Notes under the pieces: model-generated | The model's database searches: none | Told to the model about the DNA's origin: nothing | Seen by the model: only the letters and a program-made list of their open reading frames with translations | NCBI GenBank assembly: GCA_051546255.1 | Contig: CP128821.1 | Coordinates: 372,001-436,000 of the forward strand | DNA from: Meyerozyma guilliermondii | Lineage: Eukaryota | Direction: 5' to 3' | DNA: 64,000 bases | Made by a program: the position numbers and the translations under genes | Shown: in pieces, positions 43,180 to 55,253 of the stretch | Layout of the letters: every line of letters starts with the position of its first letter | Numbering within the stretch: the first letter of the stretch is position 1

Positions 43180-43307
43180 GGAATAATCAAGAGACTCTCA
43201 GTGCAGTTAGTCTCGTTGTGCAGTCTCAAGTGGTGTGCGGTCTTTCTGTGCAGTCTAGAGTGCACATACCTACACCTCGCGAATTCACCTTTCACTCACT
43301 TTTCACC

Positions 43308-44225
43308 ATGGAAGAAGGTGACGGAGGCGCTCGTGTGACGATCCGCCAGGCCGAGAGGGACCATGTGGATTTCATCCTCAAGGACGTGGACCTTTCTATG
43401 GCTAATTCTATTCGCCGAACCATGCTTGCTGAGGTCCCTACGCTCGCCATCGACTTGGTGGAAATCGATGTCAACACTTCGGTTTTGGCAGATGAATTTT
43501 TATCGCATCGTCTTGGTATGATTCCTTTGAACAGTGAGGGAATCGATAATCTTTCGTACTCGCGGGATTGTACTTGCGACCAATATTGTCCAAATTGCCT
43601 GGTAAAATTGGAACTCACTGCCAAATGTGACAGTGACAGTACCATGAGTGTATACGCCACTGACTTAGCCAAGTTCCATAATGGGTCCAAACTCGGTGAC
43701 CCGGTGGTCAGAGACCACCACCAGAGGGGCCCGTTGATATGTAAGTTGAGAAAACACCAGGAACTTCGTCTCACTTGTATTGCCAAAAAAGGTATTGCAA
43801 AAGAACACGCAAAATGGTCACCATGCGCCGCTATAGGGTTTGAATATGATCCATGGAATAAGCTCAAACACACCGATTACTGGTACGAAATCGACGCCGA
43901 CAAAGAATGGCCCAAATCTGCCAATTGTGAATGGGAAGAAGCACCAGATCCAGATGCACCTTTTGATTATACTGCTAAACCGTCTACTTTTTATATGGAC
44001 GTGGAAACCGTGGGAAATCTTCCTCCAAACGAGGTGGTTCTCAAAGGTATTGAGACTTTGCAGTTGAAACTTGCTGGTATTGCCATGGAACTCAATAAGG
44101 ACAGTATAGAAGCAAGCAATGCTACTTCGGGAGGATTCACCACCTATGGAAGATCTCCAGGAGGAAACACGCCCATGGGCGACGCTTACGGCGGCAATGG
44201 CTTCGGCAACTCCACCTGGGGTTGA
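43308..44225 (+). CDS. RPB3: RNA polymerase II subunit 3
   Basis: [62 protein letters not shown] at 43308. Confidence 0.97.
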   Translation: MEEGDGGARVTIRQAERDHVDFILKDVDLSMANSIRRTMLAEVPTLAIDLVEIDVNTSVLADEFLSHRLGMIPLNSEGIDNLSYSRDCTCDQYCPNCLVKLELTAKCDSDSTMSVYATDLAKFHNGSKLGDPVVRDHHQRGPLICKLRKHQELRLTCIAKKGIAKEHAKWSPCAAIGFEYDPWNKLKHTDYWYEIDADKEWPKSANCEWEEAPDPDAPFDYTAKPSTFYMDVETVGNLPPNEVVLKGIETLQLKLAGIAMELNKDSIEASNATSGGFTTYGRSPGGNTPMGDAYGGNGFGNSTWG

Positions 44226-44390
44226 TGTATAATAGGAAGAAGAAGATGAAAAAGGCGAATAAACCTTGTAAAATGAGAAAAGAAGACTTGTAGAATGGAA
44301 AAGAAGATACTAAAATGAAAGAAAGATGAAATATTGAATAGAAAGGTGATATACCCTGTATGCCGTTGAGTCCTTCTTTACTTTTTTGAG

Positions 44391-45194
44391 TCACAGCACC
44401 CACTGTACCACATCAGCAAACTTCACCAAAGTCCCCCCAAAGATATCCAACGCACTTCCATACGTCAAATCCACTTTACCATAGCTCTTTTCGTTCACCT
44501 TTTGCAAATCTTCCACCAGTTTTGCTCCCCCAGCGTAAACGATTTTACCCTCAAATCCAGGCGGACACCAATGTCCTAATTTTTCCACCAATTCCTCATC
44601 TATACCATTGCAAAGACCCTCCACGTCTGCCGCATGGACCAAAAATTCGTCGCAGTATTCAGAAACCGTAGCCAAAAACTCTCCACTCAATACATTGGTG
44701 GTGAGAGTCTGCCATTTATTCATCGCAACCACCCAACTAATATCTCCTCCAACGACTACTCGTCTACAACTGAGGTCAACCACCAATCTTTCTCGTCCCA
44801 CAAGAGAGGATATCTGTTTCAATTTTTCCCAATCCAATTGCTTGTCTGTAAAAAGCCAACTGGTGACAATGACATGCGACGCTTTATGAGTGTCAAGCCA
44901 CTCCAAGGCATTTTCCGCGGTTATCCCGCCGCCCACTTGCAAGTGACCGGGCCAGGTACCACAGGCTTCCTTTGCTGCTTCGTCATTTGCAGGATTTGTT
45001 CCGAGTTTTATTACATGGCAGCCGGCTACCTTGTGTTGCTTGTATAAATTGGCATAGTAGGAGCTTGGTTTGGAGGAAACAAAGTTGGTTTTTGTGGTTC
45101 CAGCAGGATCTATATCGTCCAGATTGAGGGTGCCGCCGACGATTTGTTTGACTTGGCCAGAATGGATATCGATGCAGCCTCTGAACCTCGTCAT
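44391..45194 (-). CDS. HIS6: ProFAR isomerase
   Basis: [52 protein letters not shown]. Confidence 0.97.
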   Translation of the reverse strand: MTRFRGCIDIHSGQVKQIVGGTLNLDDIDPAGTTKTNFVSSKPSSYYANLYKQHKVAGCHVIKLGTNPANDEAAKEACGTWPGHLQVGGGITAENALEWLDTHKASHVIVTSWLFTDKQLDWEKLKQISSLVGRERLVVDLSCRRVVVGGDISWVVAMNKWQTLTTNVLSGEFLATVSEYCDEFLVHAADVEGLCNGIDEELVEKLGHWCPPGFEGKIVYAGGAKLVEDLQKVNEKSYGKVDLTYGSALDIFGGTLVKFADVVQWVL

Positions 45195-45302
45195 AAAGTG
45201 AGAATTTCAGAGATTAGATTATGTGAGATTTTCAGACTGAGATAGATTATGTGAGATTCGCGATGCGATTGAGATGCGAAATTGAATTTTGTTCTAGTTG
45301 GT

Positions 45303-46283
45303 ATGGCAGATGACGGGTATATGAAAGCGTTGGAACTACAAAGGCGCAACTTTGAGGCCCAATTTGGGAGCCTAGAGCTGTTGGGTTACGAAGACAAGTC
45401 CAAAAGTACCGAAACTAATCATACGGACTCGAATGACGATAGCGATGAGTTTGGTGGGTTCAGTGACAATACAAGCACCACCGCCTCAGAATCGTCTGAG
45501 GATGAGTCTGACAACGCTACGAATCTGAAGTTTGTACATGGAAAACCGGGAGCAAAAGAATTTAACAAAAACAGCCTGGTGACTGTAGTAAAATTATCAG
45601 AAACCATGCCAGCACCTCCCGTTTCAAAGGCAGAGGTACGCATGGCACGCAGTGGTCGTGCTCCCACGATGAAGGAAATAGCAGAGAAAGACAAACAAAA
45701 ACCAGCAGCCAAAAAAATCTCGTCTAAAGAAGACCAAGAGAACTTGGATAACGATTTAAAATTGCAGCGTCTTTTGAGTGAATCCCATATACTCTCCAAT
45801 CTGATGGCACATTCAGGTGCCGATTTGACTCTTCAAACCATAGACTTCGAGGACCCTACCGGAAAAGCTCGGAGAAGAGCTATAGACTCCAGAATCAGAC
45901 AACTTGCATCCACAAATTCCGCTACGGGCGGCCTCCCCAAGACGTTAGAAAAAATGCCCATGTCCATGAGAAAGGGAATGATCCGAAAAAGAGATAGCCG
46001 TATATCCAAGTATGAAGAAGAAGCCAAAAATGCTGGTATAGTTTTGTCAAAAGTGAAGAAGGGACATGTACGAGACTTGGTTTCTTCGAAGGGCTCCACC
46101 TTGGTGAGTGACCGGCTCGGCACAGGAACGAAGACCAAGAACACAAAGAGAGACAAGGGTCTCAAGATCAGCTCGATCGGAAGATCGACCAGAAACGGTT
46201 TGATCATCTCACAGGAAGAAATAGATCGCATTGGAGGGAAGGGAAAATTTGGAAAAAAAATGGGAAAAAAGCATAGAAGATAG
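45303..46283 (+). CDS. FAF1: 40S ribosome biogenesis factor Faf1-like
   Basis: LELQRRNFEAQFGS, NLDNDLKLQRLLSESHIL, LEKMPMSMRKGM, RDKGLKISSIGR. Confidence 0.85.
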   Translation: MADDGYMKALELQRRNFEAQFGSLELLGYEDKSKSTETNHTDSNDDSDEFGGFSDNTSTTASESSEDESDNATNLKFVHGKPGAKEFNKNSLVTVVKLSETMPAPPVSKAEVRMARSGRAPTMKEIAEKDKQKPAAKKISSKEDQENLDNDLKLQRLLSESHILSNLMAHSGADLTLQTIDFEDPTGKARRRAIDSRIRQLASTNSATGGLPKTLEKMPMSMRKGMIRKRDSRISKYEEEAKNAGIVLSKVKKGHVRDLVSSKGSTLVSDRLGTGTKTKNTKRDKGLKISSIGRSTRNGLIISQEEIDRIGGKGKFGKKMGKKHRR

Positions 46284-46430
46284 AGACGCATACAACAAAG
46301 CATATACACCTAGATATAATACAGCTCAGCTAATAATTGACCCAAATTCATTAACATCCATCTCTACTTGTCTCTTCCTGCACACATTCACACTCCGCGA
46401 TAAATGTTTACGATTTCATTTCATCAAAAC

Positions 46431-48539
46431 ATGTCTCTGACTTTACCCAAAAGAAGGGTTGCGAGCAACTCTGGAGGCCAGAGACGAGTGGGTTCGATCC
46501 AGGAGCTCTCTCTGAGGGGGCGAGCCATTTCTGGGAGACTGAGAGTACCTTCTAGCCGTCATGTGAGTCGAGGTGAATTGTTCGTTGGAAGAGAAGGTGA
46601 TCACGATGTATCGATGACAGAGGAAAATGCCATACATTTTGCCGAAAACAAGCAGACAATCATGTCCAACTTTGAAGAATGGATCAAGCTTTCCACGGAT
46701 AACAAAATCACCACGAAAAATTCATGGCAGTTTGCCTTGATCGACTATTTTCATGATTTGAACGTCATAAAAGATGGTGAGAATATCAATTTTCAGCGTG
46801 CTTCAGCAACCTTGGACGGGTGTGTCAAGATTTACCTGGGACGTGTGGAATCTGCTGCTACTGAAACGGGAAAGTTGTTGAGTGGTCTTGCCAACAAGAA
46901 GAGCCAAGCACCTAATGAAGGTGCTGAAGGCGATAACGATGTGTCTGGCGACGAAGAGAACCAGTCGATTATGGAAGATGACGCCACCAAGAAGAAGAGA
47001 AAGATCAACCGAGTTTTGGAGTCTACATTGGTGGAATTCGATGCTATTAGAGTCAAAAAGTTGGAGCAAGAGTTAGCCATAGATCCGCTTTTCAAGAAGG
47101 CATTGGCTGATTTCGACGAAGGTGGAGCGAAGAGCTTGCTTCTCAATGCTCTTAGTATAGACTCGACTGGGCGGGTGGTGTTTGATGCCACTACCAACCC
47201 ATCACAAGATATTGAGGAGGAAGAGGAAGTTAGATCACGTCCAGACACAAATATCGACGTATCGGGACTCCTGAAGTTTGTTGAAATGGATGCCGAAACC
47301 GAACTTTCCATCTGTCCTTCCTTGGCTCAACTTAAATTGGTGGTGCTGGATGTCAACCAGGCAAAGTCAGTCTTGGGTGAGGTTAATAACCGTCAAGATG
47401 ACGACGATTTTGCGGGACAAGACCAACACCACAGTCTCAACTTGGACTTTGGCGCACCAGACGTGGACGGTGAAGCTTACGGTGAAGACGGAGGATTTGG
47501 CGAAGACGAAGATAATTTCGAAAACTTTGACAATCCGATCGATCATTTTGATGAGAGTATAGTCCAGCAGGCATTCAACGAGCCCGAGATGTACCTGGGG
47601 GCGAGAGAAAGAGTTCTTGATCAAGATTTGATGGCATACTTTGACTCCACCATGAAGACCAACTGGAGAGGTCCCGAGCATTGGCGAGTCACTGCCTTGA
47701 AACGGGCAAAGAATATTGATGGAAATGTGGAGCAATCAAAGCGAGCTCCTGATGAAACCCAAAAAACTGGCTCAAAGAAAAAGAAGGAACAGACCATCAT
47801 CAATTTTTTCGAAGAGTCAGATGAGGATGAAGAAGAAGACCTTTTTGAGCAGCCCAAAAATGCATTATCAACAACCAAGAAACCAGATCCAGAAAACCTC
47901 CCCGTAACAACACTCCCAGAAGATATCCAGTTCAATTCCAGCCGGCTCACCAACTTATTCACAAAGCCCCAGCTGGCCATGATGACCTTTGTTAGGAGTT
48001 CCAAAGACAACGACACCTTCACTGACCAAAAGTTTTTTTCAGAAAAATACAACGAGCGAGATCAAGAGGAAGAAAAACGTCAACACCAATCATTTCAGCA
48101 GGCTGATTATGAAGACTTGTACGATCTTGGCAACGAGGAGTATGGTGATATTGACTTTAATGATGCATTAGGAGACGGAGCCGACGTAAAACAGGAACCT
48201 CTGGCTACTCAGTTGATCACTGGAGGACGAAAAGTGCGTCCTGAGTATGTGACGTTTTCTCGTATTGCAAAGCGAGTGGATGTGAAGTTGTTGAAGGATA
48301 ACTTGTGGCGCAGTATCAAGCAAGAATCTGAAGAGAAAACTACTGAACAAAATGCCAAAACTGAAGAAAAAACCTTTACTGAGGTAGTGAGTTCAATTGC
48401 AAAAATGTACGGGGCCGAGGAAAGAAAGGACTTGTCCACGAGTTTCTGTTTCATCTGCTTACTCCATCTTGCAAACGAACACAGCTTGGCGATCGCCACG
48501 TCGGACAGCTACGAAGACCTACGAATTACCGGTTTCTAG
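46431..48539 (+). CDS. BRN1: Condensin kleisin subunit (barren)
   Basis: NFEEWIKLSTDNKIT.KNSW.FALIDYF, NFQRASATLDGCVKIY, STSFCFICLLHLANE. Alternative ATG at 46404. Confidence 0.95.
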   Translation: MSLTLPKRRVASNSGGQRRVGSIQELSLRGRAISGRLRVPSSRHVSRGELFVGREGDHDVSMTEENAIHFAENKQTIMSNFEEWIKLSTDNKITTKNSWQFALIDYFHDLNVIKDGENINFQRASATLDGCVKIYLGRVESAATETGKLLSGLANKKSQAPNEGAEGDNDVSGDEENQSIMEDDATKKKRKINRVLESTLVEFDAIRVKKLEQELAIDPLFKKALADFDEGGAKSLLLNALSIDSTGRVVFDATTNPSQDIEEEEEVRSRPDTNIDVSGLLKFVEMDAETELSICPSLAQLKLVVLDVNQAKSVLGEVNNRQDDDDFAGQDQHHSLNLDFGAPDVDGEAYGEDGGFGEDEDNFENFDNPIDHFDESIVQQAFNEPEMYLGARERVLDQDLMAYFDSTMKTNWRGPEHWRVTALKRAKNIDGNVEQSKRAPDETQKTGSKKKKEQTIINFFEESDEDEEEDLFEQPKNALSTTKKPDPENLPVTTLPEDIQFNSSRLTNLFTKPQLAMMTFVRSSKDNDTFTDQKFFSEKYNERDQEEEKRQHQSFQQADYEDLYDLGNEEYGDIDFNDALGDGADVKQEPLATQLITGGRKVRPEYVTFSRIAKRVDVKLLKDNLWRSIKQESEEKTTEQNAKTEEKTFTEVVSSIAKMYGAEERKDLSTSFCFICLLHLANEHSLAIATSDSYEDLRITGF

Positions 48540-48638
48540 GGCACTTGCAAAAATGTCGGACCCGAACCTCAGGTTGGGGTGCCGCTTACGTAATAGACAT
48601 ACCCATTAAATGCGCGCCGTCATCATTGTCGCCATCAA

Positions 48639-50675
48639 ATGATCAGAGTAGGAAGTGTGGTGTCTTCTTTGGCACCACGTTTGAACCATATAAATCGATC
48701 TGCCGTCCGATTTTTGGTATCGTCGTCTTCGGCACACCATTTTGGTCGGTCAAATATTATATTAAGGCCTAGCATCGTAAATGGAATTCGCTCTAGTGTT
48801 CGTTTCGTTTCCGACAGCACATTAAATTTGTTGAAAAGGCAGGAACTGGCGGCCAACAACGATTTGGGAAATGCCGAGTCTCAAGCCGAGTTTTATAAAT
48901 CGCTTTTGATGAATAATTATCCTCATTTGGTGGTCCAAAGATACGAAACTCCGGGTATCGCATCGTCGCCGGAATGTACTGCTTTGTATGTTGAAGCATT
49001 GAACAAGACGGGAAAGAAGGCCAAGGCATCTCAGGTTGGCGCATCGAGTGGTTTGGTGACTGCTTCGGCTGGACTTCCGCATGGGTTTGGTTCGAAGTAT
49101 GAGCCTGTTCATGTGGTGGTTTCCGAGTCCCCGTTGTCGATTATTTCCAAATGGCTCAAGTGGTTGATACCGGTTGCGCTCCTTACGTACGGAGCGATGA
49201 ACGCGTTCAACTACTTGGTGGAAAACGGCACTATTTTCAAGAACTCCGATGTCGCCGACAAGCTGGTTGATGTTAGCGAGCTGACGGTGAGATTCGAGGA
49301 TGTGTGTGGATGTGACGAAGCTCGTGCCGAGTTGGAAGAGATTGTTGACTTTTTGAAGGATCCAGCAAGATACACTGGCTTGGGTGGTAAGTTGCCTAAG
49401 GGTGTTCTTCTTACTGGTCCTCCTGGTACGGGTAAGACCTTGTTAGCGCGGGCCACTGCCGGTGAAGCGGGTGTTCCATTTTTCTTCATGTCTGGGTCTG
49501 AATTTGACGAATTGTACGTCGGTGTTGGAGCAAAGAGAATCAGAGAATTGTTTGGTCAAGCCAGAGAAAAGTCGCCTGCCATCATTTTCATCGATGAATT
49601 GGATGCGATTGGAGGAAAGAGGAACCCAAAAGACCAGGCATATGCTAAACAGACTCTTAACCAGTTGTTGGTTGAGTTGGATGGATTTTCACAGACTTCT
49701 GGTATCATCATCATTGGTGCAACTAATTTCCCCGAATCGTTGGATAAGGCACTCACTCGTCCTGGAAGATTTGACAAGGAGGTTGTTGTGGATTTGCCGG
49801 ATGTACGTGGACGAGTGGACATTCTCAAGCATCACATGAAGAATGTGGAGGTGTCGGAAGACGTTGAACCATCGATTATTGCTCGTGGAACCCCGGGACT
49901 CTCTGGAGCCGAGCTCATGAATCTTGTTAACCAAGCGGCCGTTCACGCCTCACAATTGTCTGCTCCTGCCGTGGACATGTCTCACTTCGAGTGGGCTAAG
50001 GACAAAATTCTCATGGGAGCGGCCAAAAAGAAGATGGTGATCACGGACGAGGCGCGTAAAAACACCGCGTATCACGAGGCAGGACATGCCATCATGGCCA
50101 TGTACTCCAAAGGAGCAACTCCATTATACAAGGCTACTATTCTTCCCCGTGGTCGTGCGCTCGGAGTTACATTTCAATTGCCCGAAATGGACAAGGTTGA
50201 TATGACCAAGAGAGAGTGTTTTGCTCGTCTTGATGTTTGCATGGGAGGAAAGATTGCCGAGGAGATGGTACACGGAAAAGATAATGTTACCAGTGGATGT
50301 TCTTCAGACCTAGCCAATGCCACCAGTGTGGCACGAGCCATGGTTACTTCGTACGGCATGAGCGACAAGATTGGACCGGTACGATTGAGTGATAACTGGG
50401 ACTCGTGGTCGCCCAATCTTCGAGACATGGCCGATATTGAGATCCGGGAGTTTTTAATCGAGTCCGAGGCGCGCACGAGAAAGCTTCTTTCTGAGAAAAG
50501 AGTGGAGCTTCAACGGCTTGCGGAGGGACTCATTGAGTACGAGACATTAACGAGGGAAGAGATGGAGAAATTGGTGCGAGGAGAACCCATTAACAAGGCC
50601 AAAAGTGTCAGCAATACTGTGATCAAGACCAAGAGCGGCCGCACCGATGTGTTGGGGGTGCCTGCCGAGGTATAG
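48639..50675 (+). CDS. YME1: Mitochondrial i-AAA protease
   Basis: [26 protein letters not shown] metalloprotease motif. Confidence 0.97.
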   Translation: MIRVGSVVSSLAPRLNHINRSAVRFLVSSSSAHHFGRSNIILRPSIVNGIRSSVRFVSDSTLNLLKRQELAANNDLGNAESQAEFYKSLLMNNYPHLVVQRYETPGIASSPECTALYVEALNKTGKKAKASQVGASSGLVTASAGLPHGFGSKYEPVHVVVSESPLSIISKWLKWLIPVALLTYGAMNAFNYLVENGTIFKNSDVADKLVDVSELTVRFEDVCGCDEARAELEEIVDFLKDPARYTGLGGKLPKGVLLTGPPGTGKTLLARATAGEAGVPFFFMSGSEFDELYVGVGAKRIRELFGQAREKSPAIIFIDELDAIGGKRNPKDQAYAKQTLNQLLVELDGFSQTSGIIIIGATNFPESLDKALTRPGRFDKEVVVDLPDVRGRVDILKHHMKNVEVSEDVEPSIIARGTPGLSGAELMNLVNQAAVHASQLSAPAVDMSHFEWAKDKILMGAAKKKMVITDEARKNTAYHEAGHAIMAMYSKGATPLYKATILPRGRALGVTFQLPEMDKVDMTKRECFARLDVCMGGKIAEEMVHGKDNVTSGCSSDLANATSVARAMVTSYGMSDKIGPVRLSDNWDSWSPNLRDMADIEIREFLIESEARTRKLLSEKRVELQRLAEGLIEYETLTREEMEKLVRGEPINKAKSVSNTVIKTKSGRTDVLGVPAEV

Positions 50676-50853
50676 GTATAATGGTGTACATAGGTTACGA
50701 ATACATGGCCAAGGAAGATGAGAGTGCAGTGGAGTGCGCATCCGATGTTCCGCAGGACCGCCGCAGGCCCGCGACCGCTTGACGGTAGCCGCACCGACCC
50801 GTCACTACACAATAGCGGTGCAAGGTTGCGCGCGCACAAGTGAATGTCAGGCC

Positions 50854-50861
50854 CACGTGGG
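50854..50861 (+). promoter_or_regulatory. CACGTGGG E-box upstream of PHO4
   Basis: Matches the Pho4-preferred site, about 210 nt upstream of the PHO4 ATG. Confidence 0.5.
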
Positions 50862-51069
50862 GCACAGTAGCCAGGTGCAATTCGACGGCTGTAATACAGT
50901 ACTTTGGTGTATCAGATCGTAACGAACCTATCAGGAGCACCGGCAACAGCACGACTTTTTTTTCATTGTGATTCATTGTGATTTATTGGTGATTTCTTCG
51001 TGTTTAATTGGGATCAATTACCTCGTTATCAGCCCCAGATATTAGACCAATTTCATTAAAACAAATTCC

Positions 51070-52368
51070 ATGGACCACGACTGGGCTCTATCTCCGTCCA
51101 AGCAGTCGTCACTGTACCTTCATGAAGTAGGTGGCGAGCCTGGATATCCAACACATCATGATGGTTTTGGAGACCAGGACCCTTACTTGTTACACCAGTT
51201 GGATAACAATATTTTTGATGGATCTTCGTCGACTCCTCATCACGTCGATAGTAATTATGGCACGCCAGTGACAGCAGGTGCGTCCACAGGCTCGAACTCT
51301 CGCATAGACACCACGCCAGGAGCATTTTCCATGGAGAGTTCCATGTTCATTCTTCCTGAAGGAGTGCCCATTGATGATGAACACCAACCACAATCCACCG
51401 CATATCCTCCCACCGGCGGCATTAAAACCCCCGGGCTTTTAGCTAACAAGCATCTTGCCCACGACTCGCAAAAGGCATTTGTTTCGCCTATTCTTCCCGG
51501 CCAAAATGAAAAATCTTATAATGACCAGCATTACTACCATACCCACCGGTCCGGAGGAGACACCCCACAACAGCACCAACCTCCCAGCCAGCATGTGCGT
51601 CCCGATGCCGTGTTCACGCCGTTGGTTTCTCCGGCAGTGACCCCCCACGACTCCCAAGTCAACGTAAATAAAGCGGCACCGGTCCAGACCAGTTTCGAGC
51701 CTTTGACGTCTCCAGCGCTCAATGCTCGGCCCGATATCGATAGGCGACGTTCGTCGTCGTCGGCATACGGCACGGCTGAAGACCAGCCTTCACACAAGCG
51801 CAGAACTCCCCATGGAACCCCGGTGATGGGACCCAATGGTTCGACTCGAAAAGTCAAGCAGTCGCCCTCGCTCAAGGGCCGGTCGCACCGGTCTGGGGCC
51901 AGTTTGAACTCGTTTGAAAAACTCCCAGAGTCGCTGGTGGCTCCTCCTCGGTCTTCGGGTGATTCTACTCCAATGTATCCTCCACAAAGAAAACAGGTTA
52001 TGGACTTCTCTAATGGTGGTGACGGCGCGGCTCCAGCCATGATGGGGTTCACCATGGGCCGATTGTCGGAACAGCAGCCTCACGGCCACAGCAGGTCATC
52101 ATCTTCCAGCGCCAATACCTCTCCAGTAATCGGCACCCAGGGCTCCAAGGGAAGATTTGAAAAACCAGACTACAAGCGCACATCGCACAAAATAGCAGAA
52201 CAGGGCCGTAGAAACAGAATGAACACCGCCGTGCAAGAATTGGCGTCGTTGATACCGCCGTCCTTCAACAGCGAAGAGTCTGTGCCTTCCAAAGCCAATA
52301 CCGTTGAAATGGCTTCAAAATACATTCGCACCTTGTTGAGCGAAATAGATGAGATGAGAAGAAAATGA
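51070..52368 (+). CDS. PHO4: bHLH phosphate-response transcription factor
   Basis: KRTSHKIAEQGRRNRMN..VQELASLIP...PSKANTVE.A.KYIR closely matches the Pho4 bHLH; several SP sites. Confidence 0.85.
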   Translation: MDHDWALSPSKQSSLYLHEVGGEPGYPTHHDGFGDQDPYLLHQLDNNIFDGSSSTPHHVDSNYGTPVTAGASTGSNSRIDTTPGAFSMESSMFILPEGVPIDDEHQPQSTAYPPTGGIKTPGLLANKHLAHDSQKAFVSPILPGQNEKSYNDQHYYHTHRSGGDTPQQHQPPSQHVRPDAVFTPLVSPAVTPHDSQVNVNKAAPVQTSFEPLTSPALNARPDIDRRRSSSSAYGTAEDQPSHKRRTPHGTPVMGPNGSTRKVKQSPSLKGRSHRSGASLNSFEKLPESLVAPPRSSGDSTPMYPPQRKQVMDFSNGGDGAAPAMMGFTMGRLSEQQPHGHSRSSSSSANTSPVIGTQGSKGRFEKPDYKRTSHKIAEQGRRNRMNTAVQELASLIPPSFNSEESVPSKANTVEMASKYIRTLLSEIDEMRRK

Positions 52369-52492
52369 CAATAATAGCTAATGTATGTAAATATTGGGAA
52401 TGGATGTAAACTACACCCAGGTACGTCATGTAAAAATGTGGATCGTAACACCGTCAATTAACCGTATCATATGTGTTAGGGTGGAAAAAAAA

Positions 52493-52565
52493 TGGACGAG
52501 ACCGGAGTCGAACCGGTGACCTTCTGCTTGCAAGGCAGACGCGCTACCAACTACGCCACACGCCC
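52493..52565 (-). tRNA. tRNA-Ala(UGC)
   Basis: GGGCGTGTGGCGTAGTTGGTAGCGCG TCTGC CT TGC AA GCAGA AGGTC ACCGG TTCGACT CCGGT CTCGTCCA; 73 nt followed by an oligo-T terminator. Confidence 0.97.
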
Positions 52566-52645
52566 TTTTCTTATACGTTCACGCTACCGAGAGAATATCT
52601 AGCCACACACAGTTTCACCTATCTCTTCGTTATCTATGTACATAT

Positions 52646-53956
52646 CTATTGTGGCCACCATCCCGGAACAAACGATTTGAGTCCAATTTCCGTATCATCC
52701 TCATCACCTATAGTTACCTTGAACATACTCTGGTGTTCAATTTCCCCAAGATTCATCAATGCAAGACCCACATTTCCATGGCGAGCCAAAATCTTTCCAC
52801 TTCCCAGTTTTCTCTTTCTTACTGGTTTTGAGCTTCCAAACGGAGAGCTGGTTTGATGTTCCTCTGTGGCATCGCTGCCATCCATTCGCGAAATTACGAG
52901 CGATTTGAGATCGGTTTGTGTAATTTTTGATAGATGGTCAACCACAGCATCTTTCAAGTTATACTCCGGCTCGTGCTTTGCAGCCATAGATTCCACATTT
53001 TTGAGCTCGAAAAACTGTACTGGAACAACCCTCTTTCTTATCGTTCCACCATTAAAGGTTCGTATAGTGAGTTCCTGGCCCACATAGCATCCTTTATCGA
53101 GCGAGAGCCCGTTCGTGAAATCCAAGTTGGTCTCAAATGGAAGAATAGAAACATCTGACGATACATCAGCTTGCTCTAGCAAGCCATTGGTGTACCTACG
53201 AACAGCCACATCCTGAGCCAGAACCGATGGAGACTCAAACTGGCTCTTGAACAGCGATGAAAATGGGTCTTGGTTTTGCAATTGCTTTGTTAAAAACTTG
53301 ATACCAAAGTTGGGAATTCTGTTATCCACAGCAAAGCCTACTACGGGTATATTGGGACCAAATATAGCTTGATCGTCGATAAGTCGTTGAGCCATTTCCC
53401 TAGCTTGTGACGGGTCTTTTGTCAAGATGTAATTATTTTGAAGTTCTTCCAAAAACGAATCGAACTCTGGAGTGTCGTTATAGTAATAATGGCTTTCGAC
53501 GTTCTCAAGCTTTTCTATGTTGACTTTTGCCGCTAATTTGTGAAGCTTGAGCAACATCTGTAGCTTGGTACGTAGAGACTCATCCACTTCCACCACATAG
53601 TCGGGATGATCATTTTCGCTCGAATTTGCAAATGGATGTGCGTATATGAAACAGTCGGTGAACACCCTTCCTTTCGAGTTCAAAAACATCGAGTTGATTC
53701 CTCCACGCAGCACGTAGATAGTATTGGAAGGGTCATAGATATCCTCATGCATTAGGCCCCAATTTCGATGAACATCGATTATTTGCGATAATTCCTGATG
53801 AGAATTTTCATTTTCAGAAATTGTATGCTGTTTTTTCTTGACTATATCAGGAAGTAAACGTGTTGTAACGAGCCCGTTGACAAACTTGGTGGCGTCAGGA
53901 CCATGAATTCGGATTAGGGCCTTTGGTAATGTGGCCAACCCAATTGGAGGAAACAT
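52646..53956 (-). CDS. IBA57: Mitochondrial Fe-S assembly factor Iba57/Caf17 (YgfZ family)
   Basis: GPDATKFVNGL, FLNSKGRV, LPFETNLD, KGCYVGQELT.RT. Confidence 0.93.
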   Translation of the reverse strand: MFPPIGLATLPKALIRIHGPDATKFVNGLVTTRLLPDIVKKKQHTISENENSHQELSQIIDVHRNWGLMHEDIYDPSNTIYVLRGGINSMFLNSKGRVFTDCFIYAHPFANSSENDHPDYVVEVDESLRTKLQMLLKLHKLAAKVNIEKLENVESHYYYNDTPEFDSFLEELQNNYILTKDPSQAREMAQRLIDDQAIFGPNIPVVGFAVDNRIPNFGIKFLTKQLQNQDPFSSLFKSQFESPSVLAQDVAVRRYTNGLLEQADVSSDVSILPFETNLDFTNGLSLDKGCYVGQELTIRTFNGGTIRKRVVPVQFFELKNVESMAAKHEPEYNLKDAVVDHLSKITQTDLKSLVISRMDGSDATEEHQTSSPFGSSKPVRKRKLGSGKILARHGNVGLALMNLGEIEHQSMFKVTIGDEDDTEIGLKSFVPGWWPQ

Positions 53957-54188
53957 GACGATTTGTCGCACGGATTTGTCAGTCGGTGCGACTTTACCCC
54001 AGGGTACTGCACAGAGAGGGTGTAGAGTGCTAGAGAGAAGTTAGCAAGAAGGATGATACCGGCAAGTAGGGATGAGATTGGAGAATTTGTAGCAACGAGT
54101 CAGACGAAATAGCAAAAATGAAAAAACATTACAAAAAAAATTGCAGAAAAAATTTGCAAAAAGTACATCTCATTCGGTCTAACCTGTT

Positions 54189-55253
54189 TCATTCCATGCC
54201 GTTCGAATACATATATAAGAGCCTCACCCCAAAAATTACATTGAATATCATGCAATAGCATGCAGAAACGGCGAAAACTTCAATATTTTCCACAGTATTC
54301 CACTTGAAATACACCGCGATGTCAAAGACAGTGACGGTGGAAAATACCACACAAAGTATCTTATAGTCGATGCGCTTGTCAAGTCGACGGGTGGTAGTTT
54401 GCGGTTCTTCCTCCTCTACTGAGGAAGTGCGGCGACAACTCCCTAATATATCCTTTAAACCGGATGAGCCATAGTTAATAGTAGCTTCTTCCCTTTCAAG
54501 ATGGAACAATATTCTAGTGCCATTGGTGGAAATTTCGCAAGCAATACCTGTGATAGCAGCCTGAAGATTGGTGATTTCTGCTCGGTTCGCAGGCAAATGG
54601 CTGGAGGTGAGATCTTCTTTGTGCGAGCCATTCAAGACCGGTTCTTGATCCATTTCTGGATCCATTTCATCGCCTAGAGCCTGGTATTTAGTTGGTGATT
54701 TTCTTTGCGCCATGACCCGACCCCATAAAAATAATGAAAGAGAGGACACTAGCATTGTAGTAGTTGCCACTATACCAACAAACACCGATCCCAAAATTGT
54801 AAGCGACAGCAATAAGGAAAAACCTAGCAAAACCAACGATATTGGGGTTATGGCGTCTGGAAGATCCATATCACCTTGTGAGTTAACAGTGTGGGCGAGG
54901 CGCCTAAAACGAGAATCCCTCTCAATTCTTGCCAACAATGGCTGCAATTTCGAGCTAGCAAATGTAAAGACTTTTTTTTGTGGAAGATTCACGATACTAT
55001 TTTCTGAAGGTTCGTCCCTTATAATTATCAATATGACCTCAGTATTGGGATATTGTGCAAGTTTATTCACGTATTTGGTGAGATGAAACATTTGCTCGGC
55101 GTATAAGGATCTATACACTGTCAGTGAAGAACCCACATTTATATCGTTCAAAGGAAACGATTGATAATCTGGAGATTGGTTCGTATCTTCATTGATTACT
55201 GTTTGTTGTGAGTTTCTGCGCTCAAATCCGGGCACCAGATTGTGTTCATACAT
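54189..55253 (-). CDS. Uncharacterised 4-TM protein with two degenerate MADS-box-like segments, copy A
   Basis: 354-aa ORF conserved in frame with copy B; hydrophobic hairpins at about aa 135-178 and 298-347. Confidence 0.8.
   Translation of the reverse strand: MYEHNLVPGFERRNSQQTVINEDTNQSPDYQSFPLNDINVGSSLTVYRSLYAEQMFHLTKYVNKLAQYPNTEVILIIIRDEPSENSIVNLPQKKVFTFASSKLQPLLARIERDSRFRRLAHTVNSQGDMDLPDAITPISLVLLGFSLLLSLTILGSVFVGIVATTTMLVSSLSLFLWGRVMAQRKSPTKYQALGDEMDPEMDQEPVLNGSHKEDLTSSHLPANRAEITNLQAAITGIACEISTNGTRILFHLEREEATINYGSSGLKDILGSCRRTSSVEEEEPQTTTRRLDKRIDYKILCVVFSTVTVFDIAVYFKWNTVENIEVFAVSACYCMIFNVIFGVRLLYMYSNGME

Noticed and set aside
52473..52856. 127-aa ORF across the tRNA and IBA57 3' end
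   Set aside because: Overlaps tRNA-Ala and the antisense strand of IBA57; spurious.
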